Below are positions 39,146 through 50,636 of a stretch of DNA of 64,000 bases, one piece after another. Source of the DNA: Mobula hypostoma (Eukaryota); assembly GCF_963921235.1 (NCBI RefSeq), contig NC_086097.1:241120001-241184000 (forward strand). Direction: 5' to 3'. The position numbers and the translations under genes were made by a program. Position 1 is the stretch's first letter; each line of letters starts with the position of its first letter. The notes beneath the pieces were generated by a model. That model made no database searches, was not told the DNA's origin, and was given only the letters and a program-made list of their open reading frames with translations.

Positions 39146-40126
39146 CAACACACACAAAAATGCTGGTGAACGCAGCAGGCCAGGCAGCATCTCTAGGAAG
39201 AGGTACAGTCGACGTTTCAGGCTGAGACCCTTCGTCAGGACTAACTGAAGGAAGAGCTAGTAAGAGATTTGAAAGTGGGAGGGGGAGGGGGAGATCCAAA
39301 ATGACAGGAGAAGACAGGAGGGGGAGGGATGGAGCCAAGAGCTGGACAGGTGATTGGCAAAAGGGATATGAGAGGATCATGAGACAGGAGGCCTAGGGAG
39401 GAAGAAAGGGGGAGGGGGGAGGGGGGGAAGCCCAGAAGATGGGCAAGGAGTATAGTGAGAGGGACAGAGGGAGAAAAAAGAGAGAAAAAAGGGGTAAATA
39501 AATAAATAAGGGATGGGGTATGAAGGGGAGGTGGGGCATTAACGGAAGTTAGAGAAGTCAGTGTTCATGCCATCAGGTTGGAGGCTACCCAGATGGAATA
39601 TAAGGTGTTATTCTTCCAACCTGAGAGTGGCTTCATCTTGACAGTAGAGGAGGCCGTGGATAGACATATCAGAATGGGAATGGGACGTGGAATTAAAAAG
39701 TGTGGCCACTGAGAGATCCTGCGTTCTCTGGCGGACAGAGCGTAGATGTTCAGCAAAGCGGTCTCCCAGTCTGCGTCGGGTCTCACCAATATATAAAAGG
39801 CCACGTCGGGAGCACCGGACGCAGTATATCACCCCAGCCGACTCACAGGTGAAGTGTTGCCTCATCTGGAAGGACTGTCTGGGGCCCTGAATGGTAGTGA
39901 GGGAGGAAGTGTAAGGGCATGTGTAGCACTTGTTCTGCTTACAAGGATAAGTGCCGGGAGGGAGATCAGTGGGAAGGGATGGGGGGGAACAAATGGACAA
40001 GGGAGTCACGTAGGGAGCGATCCCTGCAGAAGACAGAGAGAGTGGAGGAGGGAAGGATGTGCTTAGTGGTGGGATCCCGTTGGAGGTGGCGGAAATTACG
40101 GAGAATTATATGTTGGACCCGGAGGC
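39146..40126 (-). mobile_element. Penelope-like element, 5'-truncated, with GIY-YIG endonuclease
   Basis: ORF 39608-40009 C..C..CP...GVIYCVRC...LYIGETRRRLGDRFAEH; 11-bp TSD TTAAGCTTTGA at 39135-39145 and 40127-40137. Confidence 0.93.
39207..39242 (-). ncRNA. Minimal type I hammerhead ribozyme motif in Penelope pLTR
   Basis: AGTCCTGACGAAGGGTCTCAGCCTGAAACGTCGACT. Confidence 0.75.
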
Positions 40127-40199
40127 TTAAGCTTTGATGTTTTTCACTTATTGTCAATAATACATTTGTTAAATCCACCTTTGACACTTTTAATTGGCT

Positions 40200-40640
40200 A
40201 TATTAAAAGGACCAACAGAATCAACAAACTCATTCCTAAGGCCTGTGATGTTGTGGGGATGGAACTGGACTCTCTGACGGTGGTGTCTGAAAAGAGGATG
40301 CTGTCTAAGTTGCATGCCATCTTGGACAATGTCTCCCATCCACTACATAATGTACTGGGTGGGCACAGGAGTACATTCAGCCAGAGACTCATTCCACTGA
40401 GATGCAACACACAGCGTCATAGGAAGTCATTCCTGCCTGTGGCCATCAAACTTTACAACTCCTCCCTTGGAGGGTCAGACACCCTGAGCCAATAGGCTGG
40501 TCCTGGACTTATTTCCTGGCATAATTTACATATTACTATTTAACTATTTATGGTTTTATTACTATTTATTATTTATGGTGCCACTGTAATGAAAACCAGT
40601 TTGCCCCGGGATCAATAAAGTATGACTATGACTATGACAA
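40200..40640 (+). mobile_element. Rex/Babar-like LINE 3' end (second family)
   Basis: KLHAILDNVSHPLH...SFLPVAIKLYN; AATAAA then (TATGAC)n tail. Confidence 0.75.
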
Positions 40641-40821
40641 TGAACATCAGGAAAAGCCTAGGTAGTGTGACTTGTTTAACGTGGACAATATTTTATATTA
40701 TATTGCAAAAACTCTTATAGGGAATGAGCAAAACTGTTGTTTCCTGTGTTGTCTTGCTAATAAGGATAACAGTTCAGTGTTTCTTACTGGGGTTTTGCAA
40801 ACAATTGAAAAGCCTACAGTA

Positions 40822-41239
40822 GATGGACTGGATGTCAAGAGGATGTTTCCGATGGTGGGTGAGTCTAGGACCAGAGGGCAGAGCCTCACAATAGAACGAC
40901 GTCCAATCAGAGCAGAGATGAGGAATAGGTTCTTTAGCCGGAGGGTAGCGAATCTGTGGAATTCATCGGCAGAGAGGGCTGTGGAGACCAAGTCACTGGG
41001 TATATTTAGAGCAGAGGTTGATAGGTTGTTGATTAGTAAGGGCGTCAAAGAAGAAGAGGAGAAGGAGAAGAACAGTTATGAGCCCTGCCGGCCTGTGCAC
41101 CTGTATTTGTTAATTGTCGTCCTATCTCGAGTCGTGAGGTCCTTGTGCGTTCTGTTTACTCTTGTCAAAGTTAATTGTGGCTGGCACGGGTTTCCTAGAT
41201 TCTGTGATTATTTAAAGCAGACCCCATTTAGCACTGATC

Positions 41240-41284
<45 letters not shown>

Positions 41285-41505
41285 CTCAGACAAGCCGCCG
41301 GAAGTTCATTTGGAGTTCTGATGAATAAACTCTGTTCCGTCTCAACATGGGAGTTTGTCGTTCCTGTGCACCTGGGTTCAGTCGTCTGTCAGCATGCACT
41401 GTGACAAGAATGGGGTTGAGAGGGATAATAATTCAGTCGTGATGGAACAGCAGAGCAGACTCAATGGGTCAAAAGGCCTAATTCGGCTCCTGTGTCTTAT
41501 GGCCT
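40822..41505 (+). mobile_element. CR1 3' end interrupted by a solo LTR
   Basis: GLDVKRMFPMVGESRTRG; 3' UTR resumes at 41407. Confidence 0.8.
41074..41406 (+). mobile_element. Solo LTR (different family) containing (TG)n
   Basis: [A]GTTATG...GTGACA ends, internal TATTTAAA and AATAAA, AGAAC/AGAAT 5-bp flanks. Confidence 0.65.
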
Positions 41506-43498
41506 CTGAAAAATGTGTCTATTTTCTTTTGATCAAATGAGATGCTGTTGCTGCATCTGTAAGTCATGGTTTTGTCTGAACCAACATTAAACATTGCAGT
41601 TATATCCCCCAAGATGTTCATAGCACAGAGACACAAAGGGCTGCAGATGCTGGGATCTGGAGCACAAAGCACATTGCTGGAGGAACTCAGCGGGTCAGCT
41701 AGTATCTACAGAGGCATAGAGATGATCAGCATTTCAGGTCGAGATCCTGGGTCAAATCTGAGAGTGCAGAGTGGAGGTAGCAGTACAAAGGGGCGAGAGG
41801 GAGGGACTGGGAGGCAATAAGGTGCTTAGTAAGAATGCGGTCGCAGAGGAGAAGAGCAGTAGAAACCACAGAGGGGCAGCAGAGAGAGAGAGGGGTTGCA
41901 AAACTCCTGTCTAAAAAGAAGAACAACTTCAAGTGGGCATACTTTACACTGGGATAGTGTCTTTTAGAGAATATGTACTTTTGACTGTCAGCCTGATAGC
42001 TGTACCGATAAAGGTAAGATTCACTTGGACTCACAGAATACTAAATAGTCCAAGTTGTTTGAGTTAACCATTGTAGTAGTCTGGTACAGTCTGTACAATG
42101 ACAGACCTTGTACTGTATGCACATTATTCATATTTATACAGGTCACTAAGTGCCAAACTCTGGGATTCCTTTTCTGAACTTTATGGTACAAAGTATCTCA
42201 TTACGTACGAGCTGGCTGGTAGGATTCGGCAGTTTTTCACAGAGCCGTGATTTCATTGGACATTCTCAGATGGCGGGAAAGAAAGGGAAGAATAAGTTCC
42301 TCTCCTTAGTTATTTGTGTGGCGTTTAATGACTTTAATAATTTGTGTTTTATGTGAACTTACTGGTTTTCGATTTTTATTTATTTACATTTTTAAAAATA
42401 ATCATGAAACATATGACAGTACAGCATAGATCTTGGGACAATTTACAATGACCAATTAACCTACCCAGTTCGTCTTTGGACTGTGGGGGGAAACCAGAGC
42501 ATCTGGGGAAAACCCATGTATTTCACGGGTTTTCCACAGAATGGCGCTGGAATTGAACTCAGAACTCCGGAACGCCCCAAGATGTAACAGCGTCGCTCCA
42601 CCATGGCGCCCTGCACTCTAAAGATATTCCAGATAACGTGGCACTACCAAATGCGCGTGACAGCTCACTAGTAGTTAAGAAGTTAAGAAATCCAAATAAA
42701 AACATCACTAAAATACCTTTTCTGAGGTAAATTGAGTTAAATTATCGCCACAAGCAGTGAAGGGGCAAGTGATGGCAAGGTGAGTTTGGGGATGAGCTGA
42801 GATGGTGTGTTGCAGAATCGTTGCAGATGGAGTTCCGATGCCCATACGATTGGCCCAGGTGCGAGGTTGGATTGCTCTGGGCGCAAAGAGGAGAAGTTGG
42901 GGCGGAGGATATTTGATGCCCGTATAATTGGCCCAGGTGCGAGGTTTGATTGGTCTGGGCACTGTGCTGATTCGGAGAGCTTGAGAGCAGCTTTGGGCTG
43001 AGCAGCAAAGTCTGGGCCCAGAGCGAGTCACTGGGCGGCGTGGCCTAGGCCTGGTGCCTTTTGCTGCAACCAGGTTCTAAATCATCCGCTGTTTAGACAA
43101 TTTAAATGCTGTCTCAGATCTGAGGTGAGAGCCGATTTCACTCGCTCGCCACGATATTCATTCCTCTCTTTAAGGTGCCAGATCCTTTCACTGTTCCGTT
43201 GTTTGGTCAATTTAAATGCCAGTCCAGATAGACTGAAAAGACAGGGTGTTGGGATCTAGGGTGAGAGCTGATGTGCGACGATCACTGCTCTCCCCATGGC
43301 ACTGAGGCTATGAAGATTGTGCTCCATGCCCACTAATATAATGAACTGAGACACGAGGCTTTGGCAGACATCCCACCCTGCAAAAACTCATTTCAGGGAG
43401 GTAGTATCAATTTGCGGGAGACTCCCGGAACTTCCAGGAGAGGTGTGATATCTGCAATAGAGTAGCTCCTTAGCAGCTAGTCAGCTAGTTTAAATAAC

Positions 43499-43731
43499 AA
43501 GCAACATACATCAAAGTTGCTGGTGAACGCAGCAGGCCAAGCAGCATCTATAGGAAGAGGTACAGTCGACGTTTCAGGCCGAGACCCTTCGTCAGGACTT
43601 CCTGACGAAGGGTCTCGGCCTGAAACGTCGACTGTACCTCTTCCTATAGATGCTGCTTGGCCTGCTGCGTTCACCAGCAACTTTGATGTATGTTGCTTGA
43701 ATTTCCAGCATCTGCAGAATTCCTGTTGTTT
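43499..43731. mobile_element. Perfect palindromic Penelope pLTR insert
   Basis: 99-bp perfect arms 43499-43597 and 43600-43698; 13-bp TSD TAGTTTAAATAAC at 43486-43498 and 43732-43744. Confidence 0.92.
43564..43599 (-). ncRNA. Minimal type I hammerhead ribozyme motif
   Basis: AGTCCTGACGAAGGGTCTCGGCCTGAAACGTCGACT; the + strand mirror copy has a truncated stem I. Confidence 0.72.
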
Positions 43732-43970
43732 TAGTTTAAATAACTTTAGCTATGCTAATGAACGATTGACACCTGTTAAACTCACGTCAACATGTCTCTT
43801 ACAGTCTTAACCCACCATGGGCAATAGAAAAGTCACTGTTGCAAACAGTGCAGCAAACAACTCTGTCATTATTTTTGACCCCTATTAGGCAGGGGTACAC
43901 TTTAGTGTAGTCTGGGGCGAAGTACGTTTTACATTTTCTTTTTCTGGAACACTCTGCCATGACGCTCTCA

Positions 43971-44039
<69 letters not shown>

Positions 44040-44499
44040 TCTCTCTCTCGCGCTCTCAAAAAAATCGATTTCTGGGATATTTTATATAATTTGCGGGCAT
44101 CAGGGAGCTGCTATCAATATGTGGGAGACTCCTGGAACTTCCGGGAGAGGTGGGATGTCTGCTTTGGGCCTACTCCAGGCTGCTCTGGGGTTTGGATCTG
44201 AGGACTCAGTTTTGGTTCGGAATATTGTTGTTGACTTTTATTATTTTCATGATTTGTGTTTTTTTTCTTTCTCTTGCGCATCAGGTGTTGGTCTTTTTAT
44301 TTTAATTTTATTCTCTTTCTTTAATTGGGTTCTTTTGGGTTTCTTGTTTTGTGGCTATCTATGAGCAATGAAATCTCAAGGTTGTTTAGTTGATACATTC
44401 TTTTATAACAAATGTACTTTGAATCTTTGAACCTTCAATACCCTCTGAGAAGAGTTGCAGATACTCATGACACATCTGGGAAAAACAATGTTAAAAACC

Positions 44500-45030
44500 T
44501 AGAGCATCAGTACAGCACAGTACAGGTCCTTCTGCTCATTGTGTTGTGCTGATTAATCTAATCTTTCCTCCCACATATCCTTCCATTTTTATCTCATCTA
44601 TGTGCTTATATAAGTACGTGGGTATTGTATCGGCAGAAGAGATTCATTTAGTTGGCCATTTGATTACTAAGTTAATTGGTTTGGCACAACAATGTGGGAT
44701 GAAGGGGCTGTTCCTGTACCTAACTGGTCCAAGAGTCTTAAATTTTTCTAATGCATCTGGCTCTACCACCAACCTTGATAGTGTGTTCCAAGCATCCGCA
44801 ACTCTCTGTGTGAAAAAACAACTTACCTCTGATATTCCTGCCTATACCTTCCTCCAAACACCTTAAAATTATACCCCCTGGTATTAGGTATTTTGGCCTT
44901 GGGAGAGTGTCTCTAGTTATCTACTTGATCTATGCCTCTTATCATTTTGTGCAATTCTATCAAGTCGCCTCTCATCCTCCTTCACTCCAAAGAGAAGTGC
45001 CCGAGCTCACTTATCCTATCTTCATATGAC
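44500..45030 (-). mobile_element. Decayed CR1 3' fragments
   Basis: CR1 3' ORF2/UTR similarity (TCTATCAAGTCGCCTCTCATCC). Confidence 0.7.
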
Positions 45031-46027
45031 ACGCAAGCTGCCATTGTTTCCTTATCGCTGTCTTACACGGGTAACTCCTTATATTTTAAACAGGTGACCG
45101 CCAGTTGTAGGTACTCCCACTAGAAGAGACATCTTTCCCACATCTACCCCTCAGGGTCGGGGTTGTTTCAAACAGCAGAAGTAACAACCAGAGACAACTT
45201 TGGAGAGAGGACAGCAATCAAACTTCAGGATACAAAGGGGAATAGCAAGTGCAAAGATATCTAAGTTGTTAGTAGACACGTGAGCAACACTAATGCAAAA
45301 ACAACACCTGGAACAAACATAGACAAAGAGAGAGAGATAAGGAGAGAGAGAAATAGAGAAAGAGGGTAGAGAGAGGGTTGGGAGAGAGAGATAGAGAGGG
45401 AGGAAGAGAGAGAGACACAGGCAGGCAGAGAAAGAGGAAGAGAGACAGAGAGAGAGGGGAAAAAGCGAGGGAGAATATGATAGCTTTCTTCAGACTCTGG
45501 TCACATAATTACTATAGATCGTTACATCGGAAAATGTAGCCTCCTTGCTGATGGTAGTAGCAAGGAGAGAGCATGGCCTGGATGGTGGGGGTCCTTGATG
45601 ATGGATGTTGCTTTCTTGTGGCAGTGCAGCTTGTAGATGTGCTCAATGGTGGGGAGGGCATTTTCTGTGATCCACCACCTTTTGTAGGCTTTTCTGTTCT
45701 TGGGCAAAGTGGAAAAAGCAGATAAGGTTCAGTTGAATTATTGTACAGAGGGTCAATGTGCTTCTGTTCTTCGCACAATGCTATTATACATCAGGGTTCA
45801 CAACATGGTCCTAGTACCTTAGAACTAGGAGGACAACAACACAGGTATTGGCTGTGGATGCAGTGGAATGAGAGGGCAGCCCATTAGTTGCCGGTGGACT
45901 GTCACTGTCACTGATATTCCTGTCACAAACATGAGAAAATCTGCAGATGCTGGAAATCCAAAGCAATACACACAAAATTGCTGGAAGAACTCAGCAGGTC
46001 AGGCAGCATCTATGGAAAAGAGTACAC

Positions 46028-46063
46028 AGTCAACGTTTCAGGCCAAGACCCTTCATCAGGACT
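46028..46063 (-). ncRNA. Hammerhead motif in a short Penelope pLTR fragment (~45927-46065)
   Basis: AGTCCTGATGAAGGGTCTTGGCCTGAAACGTTGACT. Confidence 0.65.
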
Positions 46064-46740
46064 CCAAATCGGCAACTGTTTACTCTGATATTCCCGATAT
46101 TTCTCTGGCCCCTCCTTTTATGTTTTGTAACTTTAAAACATGAAACTAATTCCAAGAGTACGGGTCTAGTTTCATCTTTTACTTTAAGCGAGGCACGTTC
46201 ATATCACCTGGTAGCATGATGTATGCAATTAACATATTTTGTATATAACCGTAATTAATTGTGTAAGCAAACAAGAATGCATAATCAACCTCCCTCTTGA
46301 AACATGCTCTCCTTTTAATTTTGCTAAGATGTGTTAACGACCATTGAACTGAAGTGGTTTTTCTCTTCACAGATACCACCTGATTTAACATCAGCTTTCC
46401 AGTTTTAATTTCATAGAACTGAGAACATTTCAGCACTGATCAGGCTCTTCAACCCACAATGTCATGCCTACCTTTTAAGCTACTGTAAAATCAATCTATC
46501 CCTTCACTTCTACGTGGCCCACCATTTACCTCTCATCTATGTGCCTATCTAACAGTTTATTTAATATCTCTAAATTATTTGACCCTATCACCACCCCTGG
46601 CTGTGTACTCCATGCCTCTTGGTGTAAAAAATTTACCTCTGGTAATCCCCCCACTTTACTTTCCTCCAATCACCTTAAAATTATGACCTTCATATTAGCC
46701 ATTGCTGCTCTGGAAAAAAAGTCTGGGCTATTCTGGGCTA

Positions 46741-47085
46741 AATGAGAGGCATTGATCTTGCGGATAGTCAGAGGCTGTTTCCCCCGCCTGAAATGGTTGC
46801 CACAAGAGGACACGGGTTTAAGGTGCTGGGGAGTAGGTACAGAGGAGCTGTCAGAGGTAAGTTTTTTACTCAGAGAGTGGTAAGTGCTTGGAATGGGCTG
46901 CCGGCAACAGTGGTGGAGGCGGATATGATAGGGTCTTTTAAGAGGTTTTTGGATAGGTACATGGAGCTTAGAAAAATAGAGGGCTATAGGTAAGCCTAGT
47001 AATTTCTAAGGTAGAGACATGTTCGGCACAACTTTGTGGGCCGAAGGGCCTGTATTGTGCTGTAGGTTTTCTACGTTCTATGTTC
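46741..47085 (+). mobile_element. Young CR1 3' end inserted in an older minus-strand CR1 (~46410-47150)
   Basis: Near-identical to 1920-2262; host CR1 sequence on both sides. Confidence 0.88.
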
Positions 47086-47884
47086 TATTCGTGCGATCAA
47101 TGCCTCTTATCATTTGTACACCTCTATCAAGTCACTTCACATCCTCCTTCACCTTGGCTCGTTCAGTTCACATGGAGACTGTTCTATAATTGCACATTGC
47201 ACATTTAGACGGAGATGTAACGTAAAGATTTTTACTTCTCATGGGTGAAGGGTGTAAGAAATAAAGTCAATTCAATTCAGAAGTATAGCACAGAAACAGG
47301 CCCTTCGGCCCATTTAGTCCATGCTGAAACCATTTGCCTTCCTGACGTTTAAGTTAATGAAAAAAAAGACTTTATTCGGGTAGAAACCAGAGGCAAATGA
47401 AGTAATGGCTTCAATTGAGAACAAAGATATCAAAGGGGAAATCAAGGGCTTGGTTAATCAGATCAGATGCTACGGAAGTGCTACTGATGTTTCAATGTAG
47501 GAAGCAAGTTTACACAATCTGCACTGTGATTGCAGCCAGATTATCTCTTTCAATGATAGGGGCAAAGTGAAAAATATTGACCAATTCTTTATCAGCAGCT
47601 CTCACCCAGAAAGGCACGCAAGTTCTCCTGATCTTCCAAGATAATTTAAGCAGAGGATGGGAGGAAATCTCTGTTGAATGGTGCAGAGTGAGACTTGTCC
47701 TACTGCTGAGAGATTTGCAATGGCAAAATTCCTGCTGAAGTTCCTTCCCACTGCTGACACATGGAGAATGCTTGGTTAGCACAGCACAGAAAGTTGATCC
47801 CATCGTCAACTACCCCACCCCAATCTGAGCAGGGAGGAAGGTGAGGGACACTTCAAAGAGAGATCAGAAGAGGAAAGACTGAGC

Positions 47885-49720
47885 AATTTCAAGTTCCTGG
47901 GGGGGGCCAATATCCCTAAGGATCTATCCTGGGCCCACATATCGATGCAGCTACAAAAAAGGCACAACAGTGGCTATATTTCATTTGGAGTTTGAGGAGA
48001 TTTGGTATGTCACCAAAGACACTCACAGATTTCCACAGATGTACCATGGAGAGCATTCTAACTGGCTGCATCACTGAATGGTAGGGGGTGGGGTGGGGGG
48101 GTTGGGGGAGATGGCTACTGCACAGGGTCAAGAGAAGCTGCTGAGAGTTGTGAACTTACTCAGCTCTATCATGGGCACTGGACTCCATAGCATCCAGGAC
48201 ATCTTCAGGGAGCGATCCCTTAAAAAGGCGGCATTCATCAGTAAGGACCCCCATCACCCAGGACGTGCCCTCTTCTCTGGGAAGAGGTACAGAAGCCTGA
48301 TGGCCCACACTCAGTGATTCAGGAACAGCTTCTTCCCCTCTGCCATCCAATTTCTGAATGGACATTGAACCCATGAAGACTACCGCACTACAATTTTATT
48401 TTTATTTTTGCACTACTTATTTAATTTACCTATTTAATATGTGAATTCTTACTGTAATTAGCATATTTCTGTGATATCACACCAGAGGAATATTGTATCG
48501 TTTCTTAATGCATGCATTACTAAATGACAATAAAAGAGGACTGCGTGTCCTCATAAACTAATATTTTTTCTCTCTATTTTTATGTATTGCTTTGTGCTGC
48601 TGCCGCAAAGGCAACAAGTTTTCACAACCACAGCGACCTGGCATTCAATGTCAGTAAGACCAAGGAATTGATTGTGGACTTCAGGAAGGAAATGTCGGGA
48701 GAACACACGTCAGTCTTCATTGAGGGGTCAGCAGTGGAAAGGGTGAGCAGCTTCAAGTTCCTGTGCGTCGACATCTAATAGGATCTATCCTGGGCAAAAA
48801 ATATTGATGCAGGCATGAAGAAGGCTCACCAGCACCTATATTTCTTTCAGAGTTCAAGGAAATCCGGTCTGTCACCAAGGACTCTATCAAATTTCTGCCG
48901 ATGTACATGCAAAGAACAGTCTAACTGGTTGCATCACTGTCTGGCCTGGAGGGGTCACCGCACAGGATAGAAAAAAAGCTGCAAAGGTTGTAAACTCAGC
49001 CAGCTCGATCACGGAGACACCCTTCCCACCACTGAGGACATCTTCCAAAGGCGATGCCTCAAAGAGGTGGGAATCCATCATCAAAGACCTCCAACACCCA
49101 TCAGATACCCTATTCTCATTGCAGCCATTAGAGAGGAGGTACGGGAGCCGGAAGACACACAATCGACATCTCAAGAACAGCTTCTTCCCTGCTAACTCTG
49201 CCATGGACAGTCCCAAGCCAGGCTGTGACTAGAGTGCTGGGCATGAGGCTAGCAACCCCGGCCCATAAGAACCCAGAGCTACAGAAACTCCAGAGGCCTC
49301 ATCCCTGAGCGAGAAAAAGGAGTCGTATGGTGAAAGCTGCAATCCATGGGTTGATCAACCTCCTACCCTCCCAAAGAATACCTGGCAATGGGCCTTGAAA
49401 TTGACACCTAGGATATAGGCTCCACGACTTGAGAGACCAGCCCACGACAGAGGACTCTGACAAACTGCTGTTGGCAGTCTATGCCCTGATAGGGGTGATG
49501 GGCTTAATTAAGTCATTAACTCCTTCCCCTTTGCCATCAAGTTTCAGAACAGTCCATGAACCCATGAACACCACCACACCATTGTGCTCTCTTTTTGCAT
49601 CATTTCCAAGTATATTTCTTATTGTAACTTATGGTATTTTTATGTATTACACTGTAATGCTGCTGCAAATCCACAAATTTCACAATACGGATCAGAGATA
49701 ATAAACCTGATTCTGATTCT
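47885..49720 (+). mobile_element. Two tandem Rex/Babar fragments, the second interrupted by an RTE-like element (~49195-49515)
   Basis: FNVSKTKELIVDFRK, FKFL, KDPHHPG, NSFFP; CTGATT tail. Confidence 0.8.
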
Positions 49721-50056
49721 GATCCAGATGGGTGTCGTTTAAAAGATCAAGATATTTTAAAATTTAAAAGAGGCTGAGCTGATTAACATAAAGAGAAGTT
49801 TCTATCAGCTGTGTTATGTTCTTGATAACTTAATATTTTTTGCAATGAGCTCATGTTCAGTTAAATTAATTGTTTCACTTGTTGAAATTATATTAAGCAA
49901 TAATTCACATTCTGGATTAGTTCATGCATGGGGGAGACATCAGAATATTGCTTTTGGTACAACACAGTAAAATGTGATTCATAACCAATAAATCTTTCCA
50001 TTGCAAATGAAAGTACATCAAAGCATTAATATCTCCAAGCGTTTCCACTAAATAGT

Positions 50057-50260
50057 GTCAGCCATGGCTTTGCTGCCAGCACTTTGCTTCGGAATCTAAA
50101 GGCTGAGGTTTTCAGTTCCACTCCAGAGATTTGAGGGCAAAAAATGAGTCTGGTATTCCCTTATTTTCCAAGGAAATACTATGTCATCAGAGAAGCTGGT
50201 GTTTGAATGAGACCTAAACTGCTGTCGAAATGAGCAAGTCTGTGGCAATATTTTGAAGAG
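50057..50260 (+). mobile_element. Highly decayed DeuSINE (SacSINE1-like) 5' part
   Basis: Recalled similarity: GTCAGCCATGGCT head, TTCCACTCCAGAGATTTGAG, ATGAGACCTAAAC, TGGCAATATTTTGAAGA; not aligned computationally. Confidence 0.45.
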
Positions 50261-50636
50261 TTGTCTTTTCCTTCTCCTCCTCCTCCACCACTTTCCGGAA
50301 TAACTCTTGCTTCTGAGACGTCTGAGACGAGCCAGGGTGGGGGTTTGCTTTGCGATGAGGGGAGAAGAAACATTAATGATTGAGAGCTGACCATCTTTAC
50401 GGCTTTGGAGTCCAGAAAACTGAGGGGTGTGGGGAAAGGAGATGAAGGAAGAGGTACATGCAAATTATTTTCATCTTGGAGGTTGAATCCCTCCAACCCA
50501 CCAGTGGCCTCATCCTTCACTATGCTTGTTCCATTGTTTGCAACCTGCTTCACTGTTAAGGGTTAAAACATACAAAGGACCTCATCATCCTTCAGTATTC
50601 TGCTGAATCTTATTGTTATGGAGCATCACCACCTGG

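Larger units (their letters stand above)
43365..44161 (-). mobile_element. hAT-superfamily deletion derivative with zinc-finger exon
   Basis: 13-bp TIRs CAGACATCCCACC / GGTGGGATGTCTG; 6-bp TSD CTTTGG; MAECSRKRK...CTVCNSDFSIAHGG(frameshift)DCKRH then GTGAGT donor. Confidence 0.8.

Noticed and set aside
41960..42020. Possible 46-nt exon RICTFDCQPDSCTDK with GTAAGA donor
   Set aside because: Weak polypyrimidine tract, unrecognised peptide, no partner exons
43477..43810. Near-identical ORFs on both strands (MLVNAAGQ...)
   Set aside because: A consequence of the DNA palindrome; no coding evidence
50179..50553. 124-aa minus-strand ORF
   Set aside because: Low complexity, no recognisable domain or splice support, and overlaps a putative SINE relic
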